The notes under the pieces: model-generated
Database searches by the model: none
Told to the model about the DNA's origin: nothing
The model's input: the letters and a program-made list of their open reading frames with translations, nothing else
NCBI GenBank assembly: GCA_049701195.1
Contig: JBNATU010000005.1
Location: forward strand, 9,015-73,014
Length of the DNA: 64,000 bases
Source of the DNA: Moorellaceae bacterium
GTDB taxonomy: Bacteria > Bacillota > DSM-521 > Neomoorellales > Neomoorellaceae
Reading direction: 5' to 3'
Shown here: piece after piece, positions 10,403-17,790 of the stretch
Numbering within the stretch: the stretch's first letter is position 1
How the letters are laid out: each line of letters opens with the position of its first letter
Position numbers and translations under genes: made by a program

Positions 10403-10499
10403 TATTATAGCTCCTTATTATAGCTCTTTCGAGATCATGTCCATCCGGACCGTTTCGCCGCCCAACCTGGTTTTTCATCATTATTATAGCTCCTTCGAG
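10391..10499 (-). repeat. Duplicated cdd translation-initiation region
   Basis: The 26-nt unit GGTTTTCATCATTATTATAGCTCCTT (10391-10416) recurs with one extra T as GGTTTTTCATCATTATTATAGCTCCTT, followed by CGAG (10469-10499). An extra ATTATAGCTC copy lies at 10417-10426. Confidence 0.85.
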
Positions 10500-10601
10500 C
10501 GCTAAAAACATCGATATATGGAGCAGGAATTGGGCGAAAAAAATATAATCTAATTAAATAATAACCCTAAGTATGGAAAATTAAAACTGGAGGAGCTTAA
10601 A

Positions 10602-11087
10602 TTGTCACGCAGCTATCCCTGTGAACCTATGGTGGGCGTAGGGGCTGTTATCTTGAAGGGTGAGGAATTGCTCCTGGTAAGGCGGGGACAACAGCCGGCC
10701 CGTGGACTATGGAGTATACCCGGAGGCCGGGTAGAAACAGGCGAAACTCTAATCCAAGCCCTGGAAAGGGAGATCGCCGAAGAATGCGGCATTAGCATCC
10801 TGGTCGGCCCGCCTGTAGCCGTCCTGGACAGCATTCATACCGATTCCGAGGGTAAAGTAAAATATCATTATATACTGGTGGATTTCTGGGCTGAATATGC
10901 CTCCGGTGAGCTTCGTCCAGATTCCGATGTGCTGGAGGCCCGCTGGGTGCCGTTGAAACAAATCAGTGAGTACCGCCTTACTTCCGGCACCTTGGATTTA
11001 ATAGCCGAACTAGGCCTGCTCTCCCCCGGGCCTTATACTAAGCCATCTGGAATATTTTACCGTACCATCAGAGGAACTAGCCTATAA
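10602..11087 (+). CDS. NUDIX hydrolase
   Basis: Nudix box GGRVETGETLIQALEREIAEECGI. TTG start 6 nt after GGAGGAG. Confidence 0.85.
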   Translation: MSRSYPCEPMVGVGAVILKGEELLLVRRGQQPARGLWSIPGGRVETGETLIQALEREIAEECGISILVGPPVAVLDSIHTDSEGKVKYHYILVDFWAEYASGELRPDSDVLEARWVPLKQISEYRLTSGTLDLIAELGLLSPGPYTKPSGIFYRTIRGTSL

Positions 11088-11430
11088 TAAGCCTCAACAG
11101 TTTGGGTAAAAAAATTAGGAGGCCGATGACCACCGCTCCCAAAGCGGTCAGTAAGACTGCGCCGGCCGCCACATCTTTAGCCACCCGAGCCAGAGGATGG
11201 TAGCGAGGGCTGTAAAGGTTGACCACCACTTCCACGGCCGTGTTCATCATTTCCGCCGCCAGCACTAGAACTATGGTTAAAACTAAGGTCACCCATTCCC
11301 ATTCCTGTACTTTCAGATAATATCCCAGGAAGATCGCCACGGCAGCCGCGCTCAGGTGCACGGCCATATTAATTTGGGTGCGCAAGGCATACCAAAGGCC
11401 GCTCAAGGCCGGTTGAAATTTTCTACGCAC
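11077..11430 (-). CDS. dgkA: Diacylglycerol/undecaprenol kinase (DgkA family)
   Basis: DgkA family pattern (GLWYALRTQINMAVHL...EMMNTAVE) with three TM helices. I prefer GTG 11430, which overlaps the ybeY stop. The ORF-track maximum extends to 11508. Confidence 0.8.
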   Translation of the reverse strand: MRRKFQPALSGLWYALRTQINMAVHLSAAAVAIFLGYYLKVQEWEWVTLVLTIVLVLAAEMMNTAVEVVVNLYSPRYHPLARVAKDVAAGAVLLTALGAVVIGLLIFLPKLLRLIIG

Positions 11431-11893
11431 GCACCAGCCCCACCTTGGATAAAATCTCTTCTTGGCGGCGGAGCATGGTCTCTTCGGCCTCTTTAGTAGC
11501 GTGATCATATCCTAACAGGTGGAGAAAACCATGGAGCGCCAGAAAGCCTATTTCTCTTTCCAGAGAGTGGCCATAAGCTACCGCCTGGCGTCGGGCAGTT
11601 TCTAAGGAGATAAAAATATCCCCCAGGAGCAGCCCTTCTTCCTCACCCTGGACCTCCGGTTCCTCCGGGAGCTTTTCTTGAAGAGCAAAAGACAGAACGT
11701 CGGTACTGCTATCCACTCCGCGATAGGCGCGGTTCAACTGGCGCATCTGGGTATCATCCACCAGAGTCAGGCTTACCTCCGCTTCCTCCGGTACGCCCTC
11801 CAGGCGAGCCGCCTCCGTCAAAAGATTTTTTAACAATTCTTCCCAGGCAGGGTCCAGGGGCTCAGCCAGCTGATTGTTTATGAAGCACTCCAT
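11423..11893 (-). CDS. ybeY: rRNA maturation endoribonuclease YbeY
   Basis: Zinc motif HGFLHLLGYDH. Confidence 0.9.
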   Translation of the reverse strand: MECFINNQLAEPLDPAWEELLKNLLTEAARLEGVPEEAEVSLTLVDDTQMRQLNRAYRGVDSSTDVLSFALQEKLPEEPEVQGEEEGLLLGDIFISLETARRQAVAYGHSLEREIGFLALHGFLHLLGYDHATKEAEETMLRRQEEILSKVGLVRA

Positions 11894-14027
11894 TCCGGCT
11901 CTTTCTCCTTTCCATTTCCTTTAGGACCGCTTCTGGATACTCTACCCGCGAATGGAAGATGCCGTTCAAAACGCGCACAAAAGCATCGCTTATTATAGCT
12001 AGCTCTCTAAAGGTGAGATTGCTGTTTTCTAATTGTCCATCTTCCAGCTTTTCTTTAATGATTTTGCGGACAAAACCTTCCATGCGCCCGGGCGTTAGCT
12101 TGGGCAGAGACCGGATTCCTGCTTCTACGCTGTCTGCCAGCATTACTATAGCTGCTTCTTTGCTTTGAGGTTTAGGGCTCTCATAGCGGAAGTCTTCCTC
12201 ATCTACCTCACCACTATGATTTTTTTCGCAGGCTTTATGGTAGAAGAAGGATATGAGAGTAGTACCGTGATGCTGAGCGATGATATCCTGCACCACTTCC
12301 GGCAGATGGTATTCCCGGGCGAGGTCCAGCCCGTCCTTTACATGGCAGGAGATAATCAAGGTACTTAAAGAGGGCGACAGCTTATCATGGGGATTTTCAT
12401 TGCCTACCTGGTTCTCTATGAAAAAGTACGGCCTCTTTAGTTTGCCGATATCGTGATAATAAGCTCCCACCCTGGCCAATAGAGAGTCCGCCCCCACGGC
12501 ATCGGCAGCCGCCTCGGCCAAATTGCCTACCAGAATGCTGTGGTGGTAAGTTCCCGGCGCTTCCAAAAGCAGCCTCTTCAACAGAGGATGGTTGGGATTA
12601 GAGAGCTCCAGGAGCTTAACCGGAGTAGTAAGGCCAAAGGTATTTTCCAAAAAAGGAAGGAAGCCGATGGTTAATACGGTGGACAGAACCCCGTTGGCCA
12701 GAGCTAGCCCTACTGCAATGCTCAGTTGAAATAGAGAATGATTCATGAGCAACCCCAGGGCGACCACCGCGAGCATATTGGCCAGAGTCAGGTGGAGGCT
12801 GGACCTGGCGAGGCTGGAATGCTGGTCCAAGTGGGAAACGCAATAGATTCCGGTCAGTCCGCTTATAATACCGACGATGATAAATTGGGAGTAATTACCG
12901 CTAATAATGCCCGCCTCTAAAGCTAAAAATAGAGTAAAGACCACCGCCACCTGAGCTTCCAGAAGGATGGCAGTCAGCATGGAACCGGCAGCTACCGGGA
13001 TGAGATAGCCCACCAACTTGGAGACCTCGGGGCGGTTACCCAGGCTTATGGCTGTCACCCCGCGGGCGAAAAGAAGAAATATCAGCCAAAGGAGCCCCAG
13101 CAAAAACAAAAGACGGTCACTGGCGTAGATCTGTTTCTTAAAGCTGCGTAAGTAAAAGAGAACTAAAAATACCAAAACCCCTTGTAAAAATATCAAGCCC
13201 AACAGGCTGCTCCAGGAAGAATCCGACCGCAGAAGGCCCAATTTTTGCAAAGCTTCAATATCCTCTTCGGTGACGATCTCTCCGTCCCCTACGATCTTTT
13301 CTCCCTGACGAATGGTCACCTGTACCGGCGCCACTTCTGCCCGCGCTTTTTCCTGCCTTTGGAGAGTAGCGGATACGTCATAGATCAAGTTGGGTTTCAG
13401 GTCCAGGTGTTGGATAACCGCCACCAAGAAAGGCTTGAATTTGGCCTCTATCTTCAAGTCCTCTATTTCGGACTGCATCTTCTGTCGGGTGGATTCCAGA
13501 GCGTCCGCCGAAATAGCCCCTTGCATGTTGCGGCGTATAATCTGAACCAGTTGTTCCTCCAGATTGTTTAATTGAACCCCGTCGGCCCCGGCCAGGACTT
13601 CCTTGGTGGTGCCGTTCAGTTCTATTGCGGACAGAGCGGCCTCCATTTGAGCAACTCGCTCTTTTAAATCCGTACCCGGGCTGTTGATTTGCCGTAGGCT
13701 CTGGAAAATTGCATTTACCTGGGTTATGAGGCGTTCGGTTACGGTGGTATCTATTTTATAAATGGGTTCTACCTTGCGAGCAGCTTCTTCTCTTGCTCGG
13801 GCCGTCAATACTTCGCTCTCATATACGATCCCCTGAGGCGCTTTGAAATCTCTGGGACTGGGCTGACCGACCTTTAGATCCATTTTCTGCGGCAGAAAAT
13901 CTATAGCGGTAATGGCGATGCCCAGCAAAAATAAAACCCCTCCCCAGAGGGTACGCCTAGTAACCAGGTTACGTTCCGTGCGAGCCCAAAGTGAACGTAG
14001 CTGGCCTAGGAGCCATTGCCACGCCAC
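11862..14027 (-). CDS. pgpH: 7TM-HD membrane phosphohydrolase (PgpH/YqfF-like cyclic-di-AMP phosphodiesterase)
   Basis: 721 aa with an extracellular N-terminal region, a 7-TM block and a C-terminal HD domain (HHSILVGNLAE, YHDIGK). phoH-yqfF-ybeY synteny. Confidence 0.85.
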   Translation of the reverse strand: MAWQWLLGQLRSLWARTERNLVTRRTLWGGVLFLLGIAITAIDFLPQKMDLKVGQPSPRDFKAPQGIVYESEVLTARAREEAARKVEPIYKIDTTVTERLITQVNAIFQSLRQINSPGTDLKERVAQMEAALSAIELNGTTKEVLAGADGVQLNNLEEQLVQIIRRNMQGAISADALESTRQKMQSEIEDLKIEAKFKPFLVAVIQHLDLKPNLIYDVSATLQRQEKARAEVAPVQVTIRQGEKIVGDGEIVTEEDIEALQKLGLLRSDSSWSSLLGLIFLQGVLVFLVLFYLRSFKKQIYASDRLLFLLGLLWLIFLLFARGVTAISLGNRPEVSKLVGYLIPVAAGSMLTAILLEAQVAVVFTLFLALEAGIISGNYSQFIIVGIISGLTGIYCVSHLDQHSSLARSSLHLTLANMLAVVALGLLMNHSLFQLSIAVGLALANGVLSTVLTIGFLPFLENTFGLTTPVKLLELSNPNHPLLKRLLLEAPGTYHHSILVGNLAEAAADAVGADSLLARVGAYYHDIGKLKRPYFFIENQVGNENPHDKLSPSLSTLIISCHVKDGLDLAREYHLPEVVQDIIAQHHGTTLISFFYHKACEKNHSGEVDEEDFRYESPKPQSKEAAIVMLADSVEAGIRSLPKLTPGRMEGFVRKIIKEKLEDGQLENSNLTFRELAIISDAFVRVLNGIFHSRVEYPEAVLKEMERRKSRNGVLHKQSAG

Positions 14028-15001
14028 ACCCGTTCGCTCCTTTCGTAGGCTTTGATAATATCTTGGACCAGCGGGTGCCTTACTACATCGGCTTCGGTTA
14101 GATACTCAAAGGCAATCCCTTCAATCCCCTGAAGGATACGCTGAGCCTCTACTAATCCGGAAGGCACCTCCCGCGGCAGATCTATCTGCGTCACATCGCC
14201 GGTAATAACCGCGCGGGAGCCGAAGCCGATGCGCGTTAAAAACATCTTCATCTGTTCGGAGGTGGTGTTCTGGGCTTCATCCAGGATTATAAAAGCATCA
14301 TCCAGGGTACGTCCGCGCATATAAGCCAGGGGCGCTACTTCAATGATATTCTTCTCCATATATTTCTGTGCCAGTTCCATCCCCAGAACATCATACAGCC
14401 CATCATACAACGGGCGCAAATAAGGGTTTACTTTTTCTTGGAGGTCTCCCGGCAGAAAGCCCAGCTTCTCTCCCGCCTCTACTGCCGGGCGTGCCAGAAT
14501 TATACGCTCTACGCTTCGCGAACGCAACGCACTTACCGCCATAACTACGGCCAGGTAGGTTTTACCCGTTCCGGCAGGTCCAATGCCGAAAACGATGTCG
14601 TGCTGCCTCATGGCCTGTACATAGCGCAATTGGCCCAAGGTCTTGGGCCGGATCTGCTTTCCTCTCGGGGTAATATAAAGAACCTCTCCTAAAGCTTCAG
14701 CCAAATCCGGGCTCCAATTCACCTTCTTCTGGCGCTGGCGCACTTGGTTCCAAGCGTAGTTTATAGTGGCCGTATTGATATTAGTGCCCAATCGAACCAG
14801 CCCCATCAATTGGCGAAAAAGCTCTTCTATCTCTTGCACTTCGGCCTTTTCGCCCGAAATATACACTTCATTCCCTCTGGCGATAATCCTGGCTCCTGCG
14901 TGTTCCTCAATATACCTCAAGTTTTCATCACGGTTACCGAAGAGAGTAGCAGCCTCGCCGTTGTTCCCCAGTACAAGTTTAACTTCCAGTTGTTCGGCCA
15001 A
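14006..15001 (-). CDS. phoH: PhoH family ATPase
   Basis: Walker A GPAGTGKT and PhoH core (ILDEAQNTT). Confidence 0.9.
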   Translation of the reverse strand: MAEQLEVKLVLGNNGEAATLFGNRDENLRYIEEHAGARIIARGNEVYISGEKAEVQEIEELFRQLMGLVRLGTNINTATINYAWNQVRQRQKKVNWSPDLAEALGEVLYITPRGKQIRPKTLGQLRYVQAMRQHDIVFGIGPAGTGKTYLAVVMAVSALRSRSVERIILARPAVEAGEKLGFLPGDLQEKVNPYLRPLYDGLYDVLGMELAQKYMEKNIIEVAPLAYMRGRTLDDAFIILDEAQNTTSEQMKMFLTRIGFGSRAVITGDVTQIDLPREVPSGLVEAQRILQGIEGIAFEYLTEADVVRHPLVQDIIKAYERSERVWRGNGS

Positions 15002-15090
15002 ACTTGACCCTCAACCTCCTCGATGTTACTTGTGCGACAATTTATTATACTCCATTCTCCCGTTACAGTAAAGCGCAGGGGTCCCGGGAA

Positions 15091-16332
15091 TTATTCTTTA
15101 GTAAGGGTTACTGTCTGGCCAATTTCTTCTTCGGTCTCCACCATCACTCCAACTCGCCAATGCCCTCCTTCCTCCCAGGTTTGTACTATCTTTTCTCCCA
15201 GTATCCTAGAGCGGGCCGGTATTACCCTTCTTAGAGCAGCTAAGGCCTGCTCTTGAGCTCGGGCTTCGGCTTGTTTCCGGGTGAGGAGCGCCCGCTCTAC
15301 TGAGGTTTCAAAATAAGTCATAATAATCAGTTCGACAGGTATAGTAAAATTCCTCCAGGAAGGCAGGCGCAAAATCTTATTTTCTTGCCTGTAGGTAGTG
15401 AAAGGAGAGGCTGCTTCCCCCTTTAGCAGGATTTCACGATGGGGCAGACGTAACAACAGGGCTGTGGCCTGTCGCCCGGTCAAAATCTCTTTAACTTCCT
15501 CTTTCCCGACTTCGGCCTCAACTTCATACCAGACGCGGGCCCGTACAATACCCCTGGCCCGGACCAGGCGGGGCTGTAGCGGGGAGGTGTTCTGTGTACC
15601 AGATTCCGGTGGTCCTTCGGCCGGTGGCGGCAAAATTATGCCGGAAATGAGAATATCCCCTTGGCGAACCGTATCGCCCACGGCTACTCTTCCCTGGCCG
15701 CTTAAAACTAGTATTTCAGTAATAAGGCCGTCCTTGGCCGCCAGGATGTGCGCCGGCAGTTCGGTTTCCGTTCCCGGAGGAGGAAAGAGTTTTTCTACTA
15801 CCTCTATCCGGGCCGTAGCCCCCCGAAAGCTCACCCCCACCCACGCCAGTTGGGGCACCTTCAATAATATTTCCTGTTCTATATGGCGCACGTTCAATTT
15901 GCCTTTCCAGGCCCCCCTACCTAAACCGGAAGATTCTGCTGCGGCCAGTATTTGTTCACGGCTAACTTTTTTAAGTTCATTTAAAGGTAGCACGTCCACT
16001 ACCCAGACAAAGGTGGAGAGAAGATAGAGGCCCGCAAGGAAAAGAAGGAACCCGGAAAGAAACACCCGCCTCTTTCTCAGCCGACGCCACCAAAAATACG
16101 GTCCCTGTTTGTCCAGGATCCGCACGCGACAACCGGTCTGACGAACCACCGGCCGCAGGCGCAAGAAATGGCGGAGAGACATGCAGGCTTGTATTTTCTC
16201 TCCAGATAGGCGATTGAGGTCCCAGAAAGTAATATTGCGGTTGAGGGCCAGGTTGAAAAACTTCTCTAGCTTCTGGCCTTGAATTTCTATAATGACGTAA
16301 CCTTCTGGGAAGGCCATCCATCTGCGCCACAT
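15091..16332 (-). CDS. yqfD: Sporulation protein YqfD
   Basis: 413 aa with the YqfD-type N-terminus (GYVIIEIQGQKLEKFFNL) and a central TM helix. It follows yqfC. Confidence 0.85.
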   Translation of the reverse strand: MWRRWMAFPEGYVIIEIQGQKLEKFFNLALNRNITFWDLNRLSGEKIQACMSLRHFLRLRPVVRQTGCRVRILDKQGPYFWWRRLRKRRVFLSGFLLFLAGLYLLSTFVWVVDVLPLNELKKVSREQILAAAESSGLGRGAWKGKLNVRHIEQEILLKVPQLAWVGVSFRGATARIEVVEKLFPPPGTETELPAHILAAKDGLITEILVLSGQGRVAVGDTVRQGDILISGIILPPPAEGPPESGTQNTSPLQPRLVRARGIVRARVWYEVEAEVGKEEVKEILTGRQATALLLRLPHREILLKGEAASPFTTYRQENKILRLPSWRNFTIPVELIIMTYFETSVERALLTRKQAEARAQEQALAALRRVIPARSRILGEKIVQTWEEGGHWRVGVMVETEEEIGQTVTLTKE

Positions 16333-16351
16333 GGGCCAGTTTTCCTCCCTA

Positions 16352-16654
16352 TCACCCCAGGCTTATCCTTTTGATTATCCCTTCCACCGTAATGGCCTCC
16401 GGGCGAACAACCCTGAGTTTTAGATCCTCACCGTTAATTTTTATTTCTCCCAAAGTGACGCTAACCTGGACCAGGTCTTTCTCATAGGCGATAAGGCCGC
16501 GGTGGTTTTCCACGATAAGTCTGCTATTGCCGATGAGGGTTAAGCGGGGCAAATCTAAGACCGCTTCAGGGGGTAAATCTAAGAAGTCAGTCACCTGCCT
16601 TTTAGCCTGCCGGATACGGTTGGCCAGCCTTCTGGCCTTAAGGCGTCTGGCCAT
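16352..16654 (-). CDS. yqfC: Sporulation protein YqfC
   Basis: 100 aa with the YabP/YqfC family pattern (LTLIGNSRLIVENHRGLIAYE). Confidence 0.85.
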   Translation of the reverse strand: MARRLKARRLANRIRQAKRQVTDFLDLPPEAVLDLPRLTLIGNSRLIVENHRGLIAYEKDLVQVSVTLGEIKINGEDLKLRVVRPEAITVEGIIKRISLG

Positions 16655-16858
16655 AGCCGCCCCTCCCTCCCACTAATCTATGCCTTTTCCCCCAGAAAAA
16701 GACCCTCCTGAACGAGGTTATCGCCCCTTTTCTCTAGGAGCTTCTTATGTGTGCCTTATGCGAGGCTGTTTCGCTGGGTTTTACGCCGGCCCAACAGCCC
16801 GGCCGAGAATCATCCCCACTTCTTCTGTCTCCCCCTGCGAAAAGCAGCCACCCGGCAT

Positions 16859-16888
16859 AAAAAAGCCCGGCCTAAAACAGACCGGGCT
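16859..16888 (-). terminator. Rho-independent terminator after rpsU
   Basis: The minus strand reads AGCCCGG-tctgttttagg-CCGGGCT followed by TTTTTTAT. Confidence 0.7.
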
Positions 16889-16984
16889 TCCTTTCTCAGT
16901 AGTCGCTTTGACGGGCAGACTTAAAGCAAACTCTCTGGAGGGAAGGCAAAACACTCAAGCGTAAACCCTTTCCCCTTTCTTCCT

Positions 16985-17161
16985 TTAGCGCCAGCGCCGC
17001 CTCTTAGCGGCCTGCGATTTCTTTTTGCGCCTGACACTAGGCTTTTCATAATGCTCACGTTTACGGATCTCCGCGAGCACTCCTGCTTTCTGGCAAAGAC
17101 GTTTAAATCGACGCAAGGCACTGTCCAAGGTTTCATCTTTACCAACTCTAACCTCGCTCAC
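16985..17161 (-). CDS. rpsU: 30S ribosomal protein S21 (58 aa, below the ORF-track threshold)
   Basis: GTG start 6 nt after GGAGGGAGGGATAAGG. Translation: [58 protein letters not shown]. Confidence 0.9.
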   Translation of the reverse strand: MSEVRVGKDETLDSALRRFKRLCQKAGVLAEIRKREHYEKPSVRRKKKSQAAKRRRWR

Positions 17162-17331
17162 CTGACCTTATCCCTCCCTCCGGCCCTACTGCGACTACTA
17201 ATAGAGGACCTAATGATCATTAAGAACCCCGCGTACTTCACCATCTTGCGCTATCTTAAGCTCCCTTAATCCTTTTTTGCCCTTGTACTTATACTTCCCT
17301 TACTACTTATCTTTTACTTTCCTTACCCCAG

Positions 17332-17370
17332 GTTTCCTGTGGCTGTTTCCTGTGGCTGTTTCCTGTGGCG
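17332..17370. repeat. Perfect tandem repeat, 3 x 13 bp (GTTTCCTGTGGCT)
   Basis: GTTTCCTGTGGCT GTTTCCTGTGGCT GTTTCCTGTGGCG, 170-210 nt upstream of the rpsU start. Confidence 0.9.
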
Positions 17371-17398
17371 CTCGCTCTGTATGCCCCTATAGCTATTT

Positions 17399-17425
17399 AT
17401 TCCACACATTTTGCCGTTTTCCTCT
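17399..17425 (-). promoter_or_regulatory. Sigma-H-type promoter candidate (proximal, upstream of rpsU)
   Basis: The minus strand reads AGAGGAAAA-cggcaaaatgt-GTGGAATAA. This matches the B. subtilis sigma-H consensus RNAGGAWWW-N11-12-RNNGAATWW. Confidence 0.4.
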
Positions 17426-17471
17426 CGCCAGGCCCAAGTTAAATTCTTCGTTGCCGCCTAATACTTTTGGT

Positions 17472-17534
17472 ACGGAAATAGCCTTTAGGTGTATTTCCAT
17501 AAAATGGTTACACCCCTCGGGCATGACCGGTTAG
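17472..17534 (+). repeat. Copy A of a ~65-nt hairpin-containing repeat
   Basis: ACGGAAATAgcctttaggtgTATTTCCATAAAATGGTTACACCCCTCGGGCATGACCGGTTAG. A reverse-complement homologue lies at 53483-53556. Confidence 0.6.
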
Positions 17535-17612
17535 TAAGAAAACAACCCTATTTTCATGCGTGGCCGTACCCCAGGAGCTGATTACTCTGTCTATCCTCTA
17601 CGGATTTACTTT

Positions 17613-17639
17613 ATTCCACATTTATCTCTTTTTTCCTCT
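17613..17639 (-). promoter_or_regulatory. Sigma-H-type promoter candidate (distal, upstream of rpsU)
   Basis: The minus strand reads AGAGGAAAA-aagagataaat-GTGGAATAA. It is part of a ~45-nt segment duplicated 214 nt downstream, at 17399-17425. Confidence 0.4.
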
Positions 17640-17790
17640 CAGCCTTACAGGGACTTTATCCTTGCCTTGTGCAACGTAGCTGCTCCCTTGTTCCCGGCGT
17701 CACGTCAGATCATTCTTATGGCCAATTGGGGACATACTTCCGTACAGTAACCGCATTTCATCGGTTATCCCCTCTAACTAAGTTTAGCTT

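Noticed and set aside
16921-17145. A 74-aa minus-strand ORF from the track in the rpsU region.
   Set aside because: It overlaps the 58-codon S21 gene out of frame. The S21 frame has a strong RBS and an unmistakable S21 sequence, while the 74-aa frame has neither.
17162-17180. The rpsU RBS region (minus strand GGAGGGAGGGATAAGGTCAG-GTG) resembles a family-A terminus (GGGGATACGTCAG). This would suggest an element inserted at the S21 start codon.
   Set aside because: I could not find a partner terminus, a TSD or family-A interior. A Shine-Dalgarno run followed by ATAAGG easily mimics the short motif.
17762-17775. CGGTTATCCCCTC read as another family-A solo terminus next to the HIT stop codon.
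   Set aside because: On the gene strand it reads GAGGGGATAACCG-ATG, an RBS plus start for the 18-codon mini-ORF. There is no adjacent TIR extension (no AGTTTT..AGGCCTGC), so the similarity is probably due to the G-rich Shine-Dalgarno sequence.
17162-17790. A known large or housekeeping ncRNA (6S, SRP, RNase P, tmRNA, OLE-like) hidden in the 630-nt gap.
   Set aside because: I could not find any signature sequences I know, such as the RNase P GAGGAAAGUCC box, the SRP GGAA tetraloop helix or a tmRNA tag frame. This is absence of recognition by eye only; an Infernal scan is still needed.
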